Below are positions 1 to 21,152 of a stretch of 64,000 nucleotides of DNA, one piece after another. Below the pieces are notes generated by a model. It worked only from the letters and a program-made list of their open reading frames with translations, made no database searches and was not told the DNA's origin. Made by a program: the position numbers and the translations under genes. Location: the NCBI RefSeq assembly GCF_009914755.1, contig NC_060948.1; one strand, given 5' to 3'. The stretch is from the human T2T-CHM13v2.0 reference genome, Homo sapiens. The first letter of the stretch is position 1, and the number at the start of each line of letters is the position of its first letter.

Positions 1-1799
<1,799 letters not shown>

Positions 1800-2367
1800 A
1801 GATCCATATTTTTTAAATGAAAAAAAATTTCAAAGGTACTCTGCTTGGTACAATAATCAAATGTATAAACTGAGGAATAAAACATAACCATGAAACCTAC
1901 TTATAACTGCATATGGAAAATACAGAGGATAATTTTTTAAATAACATATTTTGAAAGCCTTAACTAGTAATTTGAAGAGTTGGCATTTGAAAGGCCAGTA
2001 TGAATATACCTTCAAAGCAGCAACACAGGTTCCCCATGAGAAAAAGCAAACACAGGGGAAATAAAAACACAAAGGTTCAATCTCTTCTGACCTTTGAAAG
2101 ACACAGCACAGACAGTGGTCCTTAGGACGAAGAGCAGGAGACGCCTAATTCCGTCACCATGGCGATAGGGCATAAACATTGCTGGGTGAGGGCACAATCC
2201 ACATTGTGAGGTCCAACTGCTGCCAGGAAGACAGGAGTGCTTTTACATAGACCGAAAGGTCATTGAAGGCTCAGAGTTTTGTTTCAAGAACTGAATCCCA
2301 AGCCCACACGTTATTAGGCTGCGCTTCTTAAAACAAGTTATGAGATGGGAAAAAGGGCACCCACAAA
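1800..2367. repeat. HSATI-like (GC-richer, complex) segment of the DYZ2 unit; first copy, repeated after every Alu
   Basis: Complex non-Alu sequence between the Alu 5' end and the AT-rich domain. The name comes from the known tripartite HSATI/Alu/AT-rich structure of DYZ2, not from an alignment; boundaries are approximate. Confidence 0.75.
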
Positions 2368-4219
<1,852 letters not shown>

Positions 4220-6324
4220 AGATCCATATTTTTTAAATGAAAAAAAATTTCAAAGGTACTCTGCTTGGTACAATAATCAAATGTATAAACTGAGGAATAA
4301 AACATAACCATGAAACCTACTTATAACTGCATATGGAAAATACAGAGGATAATTTTTTAAATAACATATTTTGAAAGCCTTAACTAGTAATTTGAAGAGT
4401 TGGCATTTGAAAGGCCAGTATGAATATACCTTCAAAGCAGCAACACAGGTTCCCCATGAGAAAAAGCAAACACAGGGAAAATAAAAACACAAAGGTTCAA
4501 TCTCTTCTGACCTTTGAAAGACACAGCACAGACAGTGGTCCTTAGGACGAAGAGCAGGAGACCCCTAATTCCGTCACCATGGCGATAGGGCATAAACATT
4601 GCTGGGTGAGGGCACAATCCACATTGTGAGGTCCAACTGCTGCCAGGAAGACAGGAGTGCTTTTACATAGACCGAAAGGTCATTGAAGGCTCAGAGTTTT
4701 GTTTCAAGAACTGAATCCCAAGCCCACACGTTATTAGGCTGCGCTTCTTAAAACAAGTTATGAGATGGGAAAAAGGGCACCCACAAACATACGTATACAT
4801 TATGTATATAATAATATACAGTATCATATATATAATATATATAACCTATGTATAATATTGTTTTACATCCTGCATCTTATGTTATATATATTGTATAAAA
4901 TATAATAATTGATAATATATAAGTTTTATAATTATACAATATGACATATAGTATATATTATAATTTATGACATATATAATATATGTTATATATCATATAT
5001 AGAATATATTATACGGTTAATATACGTATTAAATATAAATTATACATTATATATATTATATATAATATATCTGTTATATATAATACCCATTATGCATAAT
5101 ATATATATTATGTCTATGTTATATATAGTATAAAACAACATATAATAATATATAATTGTATATATAAAATGTGACATATAATATATATTATATTTTATAA
5201 CATATGTAATATATATTATATATTATATATAATACGTTGTATGTATAATACCTATATTAAATATATATTATATGACTATGTTATTAATTACATGTCACAT
5301 GTGTTATATATTATATATTTTACATAGAATATACCGGTTACATACAATATATACTATGTTACCTATAATGTATAATTTATTACATGTAAAATAAATAATG
5401 CAATATATTATGTATAATTTATAATATACAATATGTGGAATGTGATATATATAACATATAATATATGATATATGATATACAGTATATGATATATAACATA
5501 CAATATATGATTCCTAATATATATGGTATACAATATATATTTTATGATATGTATTCTATATGTTTTATATTCTGTTATATATAACTATTTGAAATTATAT
5601 ATAACTGTATAATATTTTATGTAAATATGTAATATAATATATATAACTATATAATATATTATATATAACTATATATTATGTTATATATACTTTTATAACA
5701 TAATTTACATAAAATATCATAATATAATATATATTATATTATTTCATATTACATAATATATATTACATATCACCCAATATAACTAACATACATAATATTA
5801 TAATATAGATTATATTGTGTTATATTAAATATCATATATATCATGTATCATATATTCTATAATATATATTACACATTATATAATATGTATGTTGTCTATT
5901 ATGTGATATATATAACTCTATATATAATTATATTTTTATACATATAACTAGATAAACATGTAATTCTACATATTTTCATTTATAATATGTAGAATTATAT
6001 AATCATATATAATTATTTATATTCTATAAAAAATTTTATCATTATATAAATTATAATATATAAAAATTATAATATGTACTACAAATATATATATTATATA
6101 TCATATATGATATAGTACCTTTGTTATATATCATAATACATATAAATGTGTATTATGTTATCTATAATTATATAATTTCATATATAAGATGTATAATATG
6201 TATCATATATTATATATGTTATGTAATATATACAGTATATATAAGATGACACAGGATAAATATTATATACTATGACATATAAAATATATGAGGTTATATG
6301 TTACATATAAGGCATAGCACATAA

Positions 6325-6639
<315 letters not shown>

Positions 6640-8767
6640 AGATCCATATTTTTTAAATGAAAAAAAATTTCCAAGGTACTCTGCTTGGTACAATAATCAA
6701 ATGTATAAACTGAGGAATAAAACATAACCATGAAACCTACTTATAACTGCATATGGAAAATACAGAGGATAATTTTTTAAATAACATATTTTGAAAGCCT
6801 TAACTAGTAATTTGAAGAGTTGGCATTTGAAAGGCCAGTATGAATATACCTTCAAAGCAGCAACCCAGGTTCCCCATGAGAAAAAGCAAACACAGGGGAA
6901 ATAAAAACACAAAGGTTCAATCTCTTCTGACCTTTGAAAGACACAGCACAGACAGTGGTCCTTAGGACGAAGAGCAGGAGACCCCTAATTCCGTCACCAT
7001 GGCGATAGGGCATAAACATTGCTGGGTGAGGGCACAATCCACATTGTGAGGTCCAACTGCTGCCAGGAAGACAGGAGTGCTTTTACATAGACCGAAAGGT
7101 CATTGAAGGCTCAGAGTTTTGTTTCAAGAACTGAATCCCAAGCCCACACGTTATTAGGCTGCGCTTCTTAAAACAAGTTATGAGATGGGAAAAAGGGCAC
7201 CCACAAACATACGTATACATTATGTATATAATAATATACAGTATCATATATATAATATATATAACCTATGTATAATATTGTTTTACATCCTGCATCTTAT
7301 GTTATATATATTGTATAAAATATAATAATTGATAATCTATAAGTTTTATAATTATACAATATGACATATAGTATATATTATAATTTATGACATATATAAT
7401 ATATGTTATATATCATATATAGAATATATTATACGGTTAATATACGTATTAAATATAAATTATACATTATATATATTATATATAATATATCTGTTATATA
7501 TAATACCCATTATGCATAATATATATATTATGTCTATGTTATATATAGTATAAAACAACATATAATAATATATAATTGTATATATAAAATGTGACATATA
7601 ATATATATTATATTTTATAACATATGTAATATATATTATATATTATATATAATACGTTGTATGTATAATACCTATATTAAATATATATTATATGACTATG
7701 TTATTAATTACATGTCACATGTGTTATATATTATATATTTTACATAGAATATACCGGTTACATACAATATATACTATGTTACCTATAATGTATAATTTAT
7801 TACATGTAAAATAAAGAATGCAATATATTATGTATAATTTATAATATACAATATGTGGAATGTGATATATATAACATATATTATATGATATATGATATAC
7901 AGTATATGATATATAACATACAATATATGATTCCTAATATATATGGTATACAATATATATTTTATGATATGTATTCTATATGTTTTATATTCTGTTATAT
8001 ATAACTATTTGAAATTATATATAACTGTATAATATTTTATGTAAATATGTAATATAATATATATAACTATATAATATATTATATATAACTATATATTATG
8101 TTATATATACTTTTATAACATAATTTACATAAAATATCATAATATAATATATATTATATTATTTCATATTACATAATATATATTACATATCACCCAATAT
8201 AACTAACATACATAATATTATAATATAGATTATATTGTGTTATATTAAATATCATATATATCATGTATCATATATTCTATAATATATATTACACATTATA
8301 TCATATGTATGTTGTCTATTATGTGATATATATAACTCTATATATAATTATATTTTTATACATATAACTAGATAAACATGTAATTCTACATATTTTCATT
8401 TATAATATGTAGAATTATATAATCATATATAATTATTTATATTCTATAAAAAATTTTATCATTATATAAATTATAATATATAAAAATTATAATATGTACT
8501 ACAAATATATATATTATATATCATATATGATATAGTACCTTTGTTATATATCATAATACATATAAATGTGTATTATGTTATATATAATTATATAATTTCA
8601 TATATAAGATGTATAATATGTATCATATATTATATATGTTATGTAATATATACAGTATATATAAGATGACACAGGATAAATATTATATACTATGACATAT
8701 AAAATATATGAGGTTATATGTTACATATAAGGCATAGCACATAACATGTAATATATATCATATATAA

Positions 8768-9059
8768 TTTTTTTTTAGACAGAATCTTGTCCTGTTGCAC
8801 AAGGTGGGGTACAATGGCGCCATCTTTGCTCACTGCAACTTCTGCCTCACGGGTCCAAGCGATTGTCCTCCCTCAGCCTCCCAGGTAGCTGGGACTACAC
8901 CACACTGGGACTACACCAGCTGCCACCATGCCTAGCTAATTTTTTGGATTTTTAGTAGTGACAGCGTTTCACTGTATTGGCCAGGATGGTCTTGATCTCT
9001 TCACCTTGTGATCCCCTTGCCTTGGCCTCCAAATTTGCTGGGATTACAGGCCTGAGCCA
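8768..9059 (-). mobile_element. Alu copy, unit 4
   Basis: Same element; cacaagg allele. Confidence 0.93.
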
Positions 9060-11164
9060 AGATCCATATTTTTTAAATGAAAAAAAATTTCAAAGGTACT
9101 CTGCTTGGTACAATAATCAAATGTATAAACTGAGGAATAAAACATATCCATGAAACCTACTTATAACTGCATATGGAAAATACAGAGGATAATTTTTTAA
9201 ATAACATATTTTGAAAGCCTTAACTAGTAATTTGAAGAGTTGGCATTTGAAAGGCCAGTATGAATATACCTTCAAAGCAGCAACACAGGTTCCCCATGAG
9301 AAAAAGCAAACACAGGGGAAATAAAAACACAAAGGTTCAATCTCTTCTGACCTTTGAAAGACACAGCACAGACAGTGGTCCTTAGGACGAAGAGCAGGAG
9401 ACCCCTAATTCCGTCACCATGGCGATAGGGCATAAACATTCCTGGGTGAGGGCACAATCCACATTGTGAGGTCCAACTGCTGCCAGGAAGACAGGAGTGC
9501 TTTTACATAGACCGAAAGGTCATTGAAGGCTCAGAGTTTTGTTTCAAGAACTGAATCCCAAGCCCACACGTTATTAGGCTGCGCTTCTTAAAACAAGTTA
9601 TGAGATGGGAAAAAGGGCACCCACAAACATACGTATACATTATGTATATAATAATATACAGTATCATATATATAATATATATAACCTATGTATAATATTG
9701 TTTTACATCCTGCATCTTATGTTATATATATTGTATAAAATATAATAATTGATAATATATAAGTTTTATAATTATACAATATGACATATAGTATATATTA
9801 TAATTTATGACATATATAATATATGTTATATATCATATATAGAATATATTATACGGTTAATATACGTATTAAATATAAATTATACATTATATATATTATA
9901 TATAATATATCTGTTATATATAATACCCATTATGCATAATATATATGTTATGTCTATGTTATATATAGTATAAAACAACATATAATAATATATAATTGTA
10001 CATATAAAATGTGACATATAATATATATTATATTTTATAACATATGTAATATATATTATATATTATATATAATACGTTGTATGTATAATACCTATATTAA
10101 ATATATATTATATGACTATGTTATTAATTACATGTCACATGTGTTATATATTATATATTTTACATAGAATATACCGGTTACATACAATATATACTATGTT
10201 ACCTATAATGTATAATTTATTACATGTAAAATAAAGAATGCAATATATTATGTATAATTTATAATATACAATATGTGGAATGTGATATATATAACATATA
10301 ATATATGATATATGATATACAGTATATGATATATAACATACAATATATGATTCCTAATATATATGGTATACAATATATATTATATGATATGTATTCTATA
10401 TGTTTTATATTCTGTTATATATAACTATTTGAAATTATATATAACTGTATAATATTTTATGTAAATATGTAATATAATATATATAACTATATAATATATT
10501 ATATATAACTATATATTATGTTATATATACTTTTATAACATAATTTACATAAAATATCATAATATAATATATATTATATTATTTCATATTACATAATATA
10601 TATTACATATCACCCAATATAACTAACATACATAATATTATAATATAGATTATATTGTGTTATATTAAATATCATATATATCATGTATCATATATTCTAT
10701 AATATATATTACACATTATATCATATGTATGTTGTCTATTATGTGATATATATAACTCTATATATAATTATATTTTTATACATATAACTAGATAAACATG
10801 TAATTCTACATATTTTCATTTATAATATGTAGAATTATATAATCATATATAATTATTTATATTCTATAAAAAATTTTATCATTATATAAATTATAATATA
10901 TAAAAATTATAATATGTACTACAAATATATATATTATATATCATATATGATATAGTACCTTTGTTATATATCATAATACATATAAATGTGTATTATGTTA
11001 TATATAATTATATAATTTCATATATAAGATGTATAATATGTATCATATATTATATATGTTATGTAATATATACAGTATATATAAGATGACACAGGATAAA
11101 TATTATATACTATGACATATAAAATATATGAGGTTATATGTTACATATAATGCATAGCACATAA

Positions 11165-11479
<315 letters not shown>

Positions 11480-13600
11480 AGATCCATATTTTTTAAATGA
11501 AAAAAAATTTCAAAGGTACTCTGCTTGGTACAATAATCAAATGTATAAACTGAGGAATAAAACATAACCATGAAACCTACTTATAACTGCATATGGAAAA
11601 TACAGAGGATAATTTTTTAAATAACATATTTTGAAAGCCTTAACTAGTAATTTGAAGAGTTGGCATTTGAAAGGCCAGTATGAATATACCTTCAAAGCAG
11701 CAACACAGGTTCCCCATGAGAAAAAGCAAACACAGGGGAAATAAAAACACAAAGGTTCAATCTCTTCTGACCTTTGAAAGACACAGCACAGACAGTGGTC
11801 CTTAGGACGAAGAGCAGGAGACCCCTAATTCCGTCACCATGGCGATAGGGCATAAACATTGCTGGGTGAGGGCACAATCCACATTGTGAGGTCCAACTGC
11901 TGCCAGGAAGACAGGAGTGCTTTTACATAGACCGAAAGGTCATTGAAGGCTCAGAGTTTTGTTTCAAGAACTGAATCCCAAGCCCACACGTTATTAGGCT
12001 GCGCTTCTTAAAACAAGTTATGAGATGGGAAAAAGGGCACCCACAAACATACGTATACATTATGTATATAATAATATACAGTATCATATATATAATATAT
12101 ATAACCTATGTATAATATTGTTTTACATCCTGCATCTTATGTTATATATATTATATAAAATATAATAATTGATAATATATAAGTTTTATAAATATACAAT
12201 ATGACATATAGTATATATTATAATTTATTACATATATAATATATGTTATATATCATATATAGAATATATTATACGGTTAATATACGTATTAAATATAAAT
12301 TATACATTATATATATTATATGTAATATATCTGTTATATATAATACCCATTATGCATAATATATATATTATGTCTATGTTATATATAGTATAAAACAACA
12401 TATAATAATATATAATTGTATATATAAAATGAGACATATAATATATATTATATTTTATAACATATGTAATATATATTATCTATAATACGTTGTATGTATA
12501 ATACCTATATTAAATATATATTATATGACTATGTTATTAATTACATGTCACATGTGTTATATATTATATATTTTACATAGAATATACCGGTTACATACAA
12601 TATATACTATGTTACCTATAATGTATAATTTATTACATGTAAAATAAAGAATGCAATATATTATGTAAAATTTATAACATACAATATGTGGAATGTGATA
12701 TATATAACATATAATATATGATATATGATATACAGTATATGATATATAACATACAATATATGATTCCTAATATATATGGTATACAATATATATTTTATGA
12801 TATGTATTCTATATGTTTTATATTCTGTTATATATAACTATTTGAAATTACATATAACTGTATAATATTTTATGTAAATATGTAATATAATATATATAAC
12901 TATATAATATATTATATATAACTATATATTATGTTATATATACTTTTATAACATAATTTACATAAAATATCATAATATAATATATATTATATTATTTCAT
13001 ATTACATAATATATATTACATATCACCCAATATAACTAACATACATAATATTATAATATAGATTATATTATGTTATATTAAATATCATATATATCATGTA
13101 TCATATATTCTATAATATATATTAGACATTATATAATATGTATGTTGTCTATTATGTGATATATATAACTATATATATAATTATATATTTATACATATAA
13201 CTAGATAAACATGTAATTCTACATATTTTCATTTATAATATGTAGAATTATATAATCATATATAATTATTTATATTCTATAAAAAATTTTATCATTATAT
13301 AAATTATAATATATAAAAATTATAATATGTACTACAAATATATATATTATATATCATATATGATATAGTACCTTTGTTATATATCATAATACATATAAAT
13401 GTGTATTATGTTATCTATAATTATATAATTTCATATATAAGATGTATAATATGTATCATATATTATATATGTTATGTAATATATACAGTATATATAAGAT
13501 GACACAGGATAAATATTATATACTATGACATATAAAATATATGAGGTTATATGTTACATATAAGGCATAGCACATAACATGTAATATATATCATATATAA

Positions 13601-13892
13601 TTTTTTTTTAGACAGAATCTTGTCCTGTTGCACAGGGTGGGGTACAATGGCGCCATCTTTGCTCACTGCAACTTCTGCCTCACGGGTCAAAGCGATTGTC
13701 CTCCCTCAGCCTCCCAGGTAGCTGGGACTACACCACACTGGGACTACACCAGCTGCCACCATGCCTAGCTAATTTTTTGGATTTTTAGTAGTGACAGCGT
13801 TTCACTGTATTGGCCAGGATGGTCTTGATCTCTTCACCTTGTGATCCCCTTGCCTTGGCCTCCAAATTTGCTGGGATTACAGGCCTGAGCCA
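13601..13892 (-). mobile_element. Alu copy, unit 6
   Basis: Same element; gggtcaaagc allele. Confidence 0.93.
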
Positions 13893-16020
13893 AGATCCAT
13901 ATTTTTTAAATGAAAAAAAATTTCCAAGGTACTCTGCTTGGTACAATAATCAAATGTATAAACTGAGGAATAAAACATAACCATGAAACCTACTTATAAC
14001 TGCATATGGAAAATACAGAGGATAATTTTTTAAATAACATATTTTGAAAGCCTTAACTAGTAATTTGAAGAGTTGGCATTTGAAAGGCCAGTATGAATAT
14101 ACCTTCAAAGCAGCAACCCAGGTTCCCCATGAGAAAAAGCAAACACAGGGGAAATAAAAACACAAATGTTCAATCTCTTCTGACCTTTGAAAGACACAGC
14201 ACAGACAGTGGTCCTTAGGACGAAGAGCAGGAGACCCCTAATTCCGTCACCATGGCGATAGGGCATAAACATTGCTGGGTGAGGGCACAATCCACATTGT
14301 GAGGTCCAACTGCTGCCAGGAAGACAGGAGTGCTTTTACATAGACCGAAAGGTCATTGAAGGCTCAGAGTTTTGTTTCAAGAACTGAATCCCAAGCCCAC
14401 ACGTTATTAGGCTGCGCTTCTTAAAACAAGTTATGAGATGGGAAAAAGGGCACCCACAAACATACGTATACATTATGTATATAATAATATACAGTATCAT
14501 ATATATAATATATATAACCTATGTATAATATTGTTTTACATCCTGCATCTTATGTTATATATATTGTATAAAATATAATAATTGATAATATATAAGTTTT
14601 ATAATTATACAATATGACATATAGTATATATTATAATTTATGACATATATAATATATGTTATATATCATATATAGAATATATTATACGGTTAATATACGT
14701 ATTAAATATAAATTATACATTATATATATTATATATAATATATCTGTTATATATAATACCCATTATGCATAATATATATGTTATGTCTATGTTATATATA
14801 GTATAAAACAACATATAATAATATATAATTGTACATATAAAATGTGACATATAATATATATTATATTTTATAACATATGTAATATATATTATATATTATA
14901 TATAATACGTTGTATGTATAATACCTATATTAAATATATATTATATGACTATGTTATTAATTACATGTCACATGTGTTATATATTATATATTTTACATAG
15001 AATATACCGGTTACATACAATATATACTATGTTACCTATAATGTATAATTTATTACATGTAAAATAAAGAATGCAATATATTATGTATAATTTATAATAT
15101 ACAATATGTGGAATGTGATATATATAACATATAATATATGATATATGATATACAGTATATGATATATAACATACAATATATGATTCCTAATATATATGGT
15201 ATACAATATATATTTTATGATATGTATTCTATATGTTTTATATTCTGTTATATATAACTATTTGAAATTATATATAACTGTATAATATTTTATGTAAATA
15301 TGTAATATAATATATATAACTATATAATATATTATATATAACTATATATTATGTTATATATACTTTTATAACATAATTTACATAAAATATCATAATATAA
15401 TATATATTATATTATTTCATATTACATAATATATATTACATATCACCCAATATAACTAACATACATAATATTATAATATAGATTATATTGTGTTATATTA
15501 AATATCATATATATCATGTATCATATATTCTATAATATATATTACACATTATATCATATGTATGTTGTCTATTATGTGATATATATAACTCTATATATAA
15601 TTATATTTTTATACATATAACTAGATAAACATGTAATTCTACATATTTTCATTTATAATATGTAGAATTATATAATCATATATAATTATTTATATTCTAT
15701 AAAAAATTTTATCATTATATAAATTATAATATATAAAAATTATAATATGTACTACAAATATATATATTATATATCATATATGATATAGTACCTTTGTTAT
15801 ATATCATAATACATATAAATGTGTATTATGTTATATATAATTATATAATTTCATATATAAGATATATAATATGTATCATATATTATATATGTTATGTAAT
15901 ATATACAGTATATATAAGATGACACAGGATAAATATTATATACTATGACATATAAAATATATGAGGTTATATGTTACATATAAGGCATAGCACATAACAT
16001 GTAATATATATCATATATAA

Positions 16021-16312
16021 TTTTTTTTTAGACAGAATCTTGTCCTGTTGCACAAGGTGGGGTACAATGGCGCCATCTTTGCTCACTGCAACTTCTGCCT
16101 CACGGGTCCAAGCGATTGTCCTCCCTCAGCCTCCCAGGTAGCTGGGACTACACCACACTGGGACTACACCAGCTGCCACCATGCCTAGCTAATTTTTTGG
16201 ATTTTTAGTAGTGACAGCGTTTCACTGTATTGGCCAGGATGGTCTTGATCTCTTCACCTTGTGATCCCCTTGCCTTGGCCTCCAAATTTGCTGGGATTAC
16301 AGGCCTGAGCCA
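16021..16312 (-). mobile_element. Alu copy, unit 7
   Basis: Same element; cacaagg allele. Confidence 0.93.
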
Positions 16313-18417
16313 AGATCCATATTTTTTAAATGAAAAAAAATTTCAAAGGTACTCTGCTTGGTACAATAATCAAATGTATAAACTGAGGAATAAAACATAA
16401 CCATGAAACCTACTTATAACTGCATATGGAAAATACAGAGGATAATTTTTTAAATAACATATTTTGAAAGCCTTAACTAGTAATTTGAAGAGTTGGCATT
16501 TGAAAGGCCAGTATGAATATACCTTCAAAGCAGCAACACAGGTTCCCCATGAGAAAAAGCAAACACAGGGGAAATAAAAACACAAAGGTTCAATCTCTTC
16601 TGACCTTTGAAAGACACAGCACAGACAGTGGTCCTTAGGACGAAGAGCAGGAGACCCCTAATTCCGTCACCATGGCGATAGGGCATAAACATTGCTGGGT
16701 GAGGGCACAATCCACATTGTGAGGTCCAACTGCTGCCAGGAAGACAGGAGTGCTTTTACATAGACCGAAAGGTCATTGAAGGCTCAGAGTTTTGTTTCAA
16801 GAACTGAATCCCAAGCCCACACGTTATTAGGCTGCGCTTCTTAAAACAAGTTATGAGATGGGAAAAAGGGCACCCACAAACATACGTATACATTATGTAT
16901 ATAATAATATACAGTATCATATATATAATATATATAACCTATGTATAATATTGTTTTACATCCTGCATCTTATGTTATATATATTGAATAAAATATAATA
17001 ATTGATAATATATAAGTTTTATAATTATACAATATGACATATAGTATATATTATAATTTATGACATATATAATATATGTTATATATCATATATAGAATAT
17101 ATTATACGGTTAATATACGTATTAAATATAAATTATACATTATATATATTATATATAATATATCTGTTATATATAATACCCATTATGCATAATATATATG
17201 TTATGTCTATGTTATATATAGTATAAAACAACATATAATAATATATAATTGTACATATAAAATGTGACATATAATATATATTATATTTTATAACATATGT
17301 AATATATATTATATATTATATATAATACGTTGTATGTATAATACCTATATTAAATATATATTATATGACTATGTTATTAATTACATGTCACATGTGTTAT
17401 ATATTATATATTTTACATAGAATATACCGGTTACATACAATATATACTATGTTACCTATAATGTATAATTTATTACATGTAAAGTAAAGAATGCAATATA
17501 TTATGTATAATTTATAATATACAATATGTGGAACGTGATATATATACCATATAATATATGATATATGATATACAGTATATGATATATAACATACAATATA
17601 TGATTCCTAATATATATGGTATACAATATATATTTTATGATATGTATTCTATATGTTTTATATTCTGTTATATATAACTATTTGAAATTATATATAACTG
17701 TATAATATTTTATGTAAATATGTAATATAATATATATAACTATATAATATATTATATATAACTATATATTATGTTATATATACTTTTATAACATAATTTA
17801 CATAAAATATCATAATATAATATATATTATATTATTTCATATTACATAATATATATTACATATCACCCAATATAACTAACATACATAATATTATAATATA
17901 GATTATATTGTGTTATATTAAATATCATATATATCATGTATCATATATTCTATAATATATATTACACATTATATCATATGTATGTTGTCTATTATGTGAT
18001 ATATATAACTCTATATATAATTATATTTTTATACATATAACTAGATAAACATGTAATTCTACATATTTTCATTTATAATATGTAGAATTATATAATCATA
18101 TATAATTATTTATATTCTATAAAAAATTTTATCATTATATAAATTATAATATATAAAAATTATAATATGTACTACAAATATATATATTATATATCATATA
18201 TGATATAGTACCTTTGTTATATATCATAATACATATAAATGTGTATTATGTTATCTATAATTATATAATTTCCTATATAAGATATATAATATGTATCATA
18301 TATTATATATGTTATGTAATATATACAGTATATATAAGATGACACAGGATAAATATTATATACTATGATATATAAAATATATGAGGTTATATGTTACATA
18401 TAAGGCATAGCACATAA

Positions 18418-18732
<315 letters not shown>

Positions 18733-20837
18733 AGATCCATATTTTTTAAATGAAAAAAAATTTCCAAGGTACTCTGCTTGGTACAATAATCAAATGTATA
18801 AACTGAGGAATAAAACATAACCATGAAACCTACTTATAACTGCCTATGGAAAATACAGAGGATAATTTTTTAAATAACATATTTTGAAAGCCTTAACTAG
18901 TAATTTGAAGAGTTGGCATTTGAAAGGCCAGTATGAATATACCTTCAAAGCAGCAACACAGGTTCCCCATGAGAAAAAGCAAACACAGGGGAAATAAAAA
19001 CACAAAGGTTCAATCTCTTCTGACCTTTGAAAGACACAGCACAGACAGTGGTCCTTGGGACGAAGAGCAGGAGACCCCTAATTCCGTCACCATGGCGATA
19101 GGGCATAAACATTGCTGGGTGAGGGCACAATCCACATTCTGAGGTCCAACTGCTGCCAGGAAGACAGGAGTGCTTTTACATAGACCGAAAGGTCATTGAA
19201 GGCTCAGAGTTTTGTTTCAAGAACTGAATCCCAAGCCCACACGTTATTAGGCTGCGCTTCTTAAAACAAGTTATGAGATGGGAAAAAGGGCACCCACAAA
19301 CATACGTATACATTATGTATATAATAATATACAGTATCATATATATAATATATATAACCTATGTGTAATATTGTTTTACATCCTGCATCTTATGTTATAT
19401 ATATTTTATAAAATATAATAATTGATAATATATAAGTTTTATAATTATACAATATGACATATAGTATATATTATAATTTATGACATATATAATATATGTT
19501 ATATATCATATATAGAATATATTATACGGTTAATATACGTATTAAATATAAATTATACATTATATATATTATATATAATATATCTGTTATATATAATACC
19601 CATTATGCATAATATATATATTATGTCTATGTTATATATAGTATAAAACAACATATAATAATATATAATTGTATATATAAAATGTGACATATAATATATA
19701 TTATATTTTATAACATATGTAATATATATTATATATTATATATAATACGTTGTATGTATAATACCTATATTAAATATATATTATATGACTATGTTATTAA
19801 TTACATGTCACATGTGTTATATATTATATATTTTACATAGAATATACCGGTTACATACAATATATACTATGTTACCTATAATGTATAATTTATTACATGT
19901 AAAATAAAGAATGCAATATATTATGTATAATTTATAATATACAATATGTGGAATGTGATATATATAACATATAATATATGATATATGATATACAGTATAT
20001 GATATATAACATACAATATATGATTCCTAATATATATGGTATACAATATATATTTTATGATATGTATTCTATATGTTTTATATTCTGTTATATATAACTA
20101 TTTGAAATTATATATAACTGTATAATATTTTATGTAAATATGTAATATAATATATATAACTATATAATATATTATATATAACTATATATTATGTTATATA
20201 TACTTTTATAACATAATTTACATAAAATATCATAATATAATATATATTATATTATTTCATATTACATAATATATATTACATGTCACCCAATATAACTAAC
20301 ATACATAATATTATAATATAGATTATATTGTGTTATATTAAATATCATATATATCATGTATCATATATTCTATAATATATATTACACATTATATAATATG
20401 TATGTTGTCTATTATGTGATATATATAACTCTATATATAATTATATTTTTATACATATAACTAGATAAACATGTAATTCTACATATTTTCATTTATAATA
20501 TGTAGAATTATATAATCATATATAATTATTTATATTCTATAAAAAATTTTATCATTATATAAATTATAATATATAAAAATTATAATATGTACTACAAATA
20601 TATATATTATATATCATATATGATATAGTACCTTTGTTATATATCATAATACATATAAATGTGTATTATGTTATCTATAATTATATAATTTCATATATAA
20701 GATGTATAATATGTATCATATATTATATATGTTATGTAATATATACAGTATATATAAGATGACACAGGATAAATATTATATACTATGACATATAAAATAT
20801 ATGAGGTTATATGTTACATATAAGGCATAGCACATAA

Positions 20838-21152
<315 letters not shown>

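Noticed and set aside
1857-2197. Repeated overlapping 71-aa and 61-aa minus-strand ORFs in nearly every unit (could look like a multicopy two-gene cassette)
   Set aside because: Both start at TTG rather than ATG, resemble no protein family I recognise, and recur only because the unit is duplicated. The 71-aa frame is broken by stops in U8, U14 and all B units, and substitutions show no sign of coding constraint.
18933-19142. 69-aa + strand ORF in U8 and U14 (also 33432-33641)
   Set aside because: It arises from a single TAG-to-TGG change (ccttagga to ccttggga). It is a duplication marker, not a gene.
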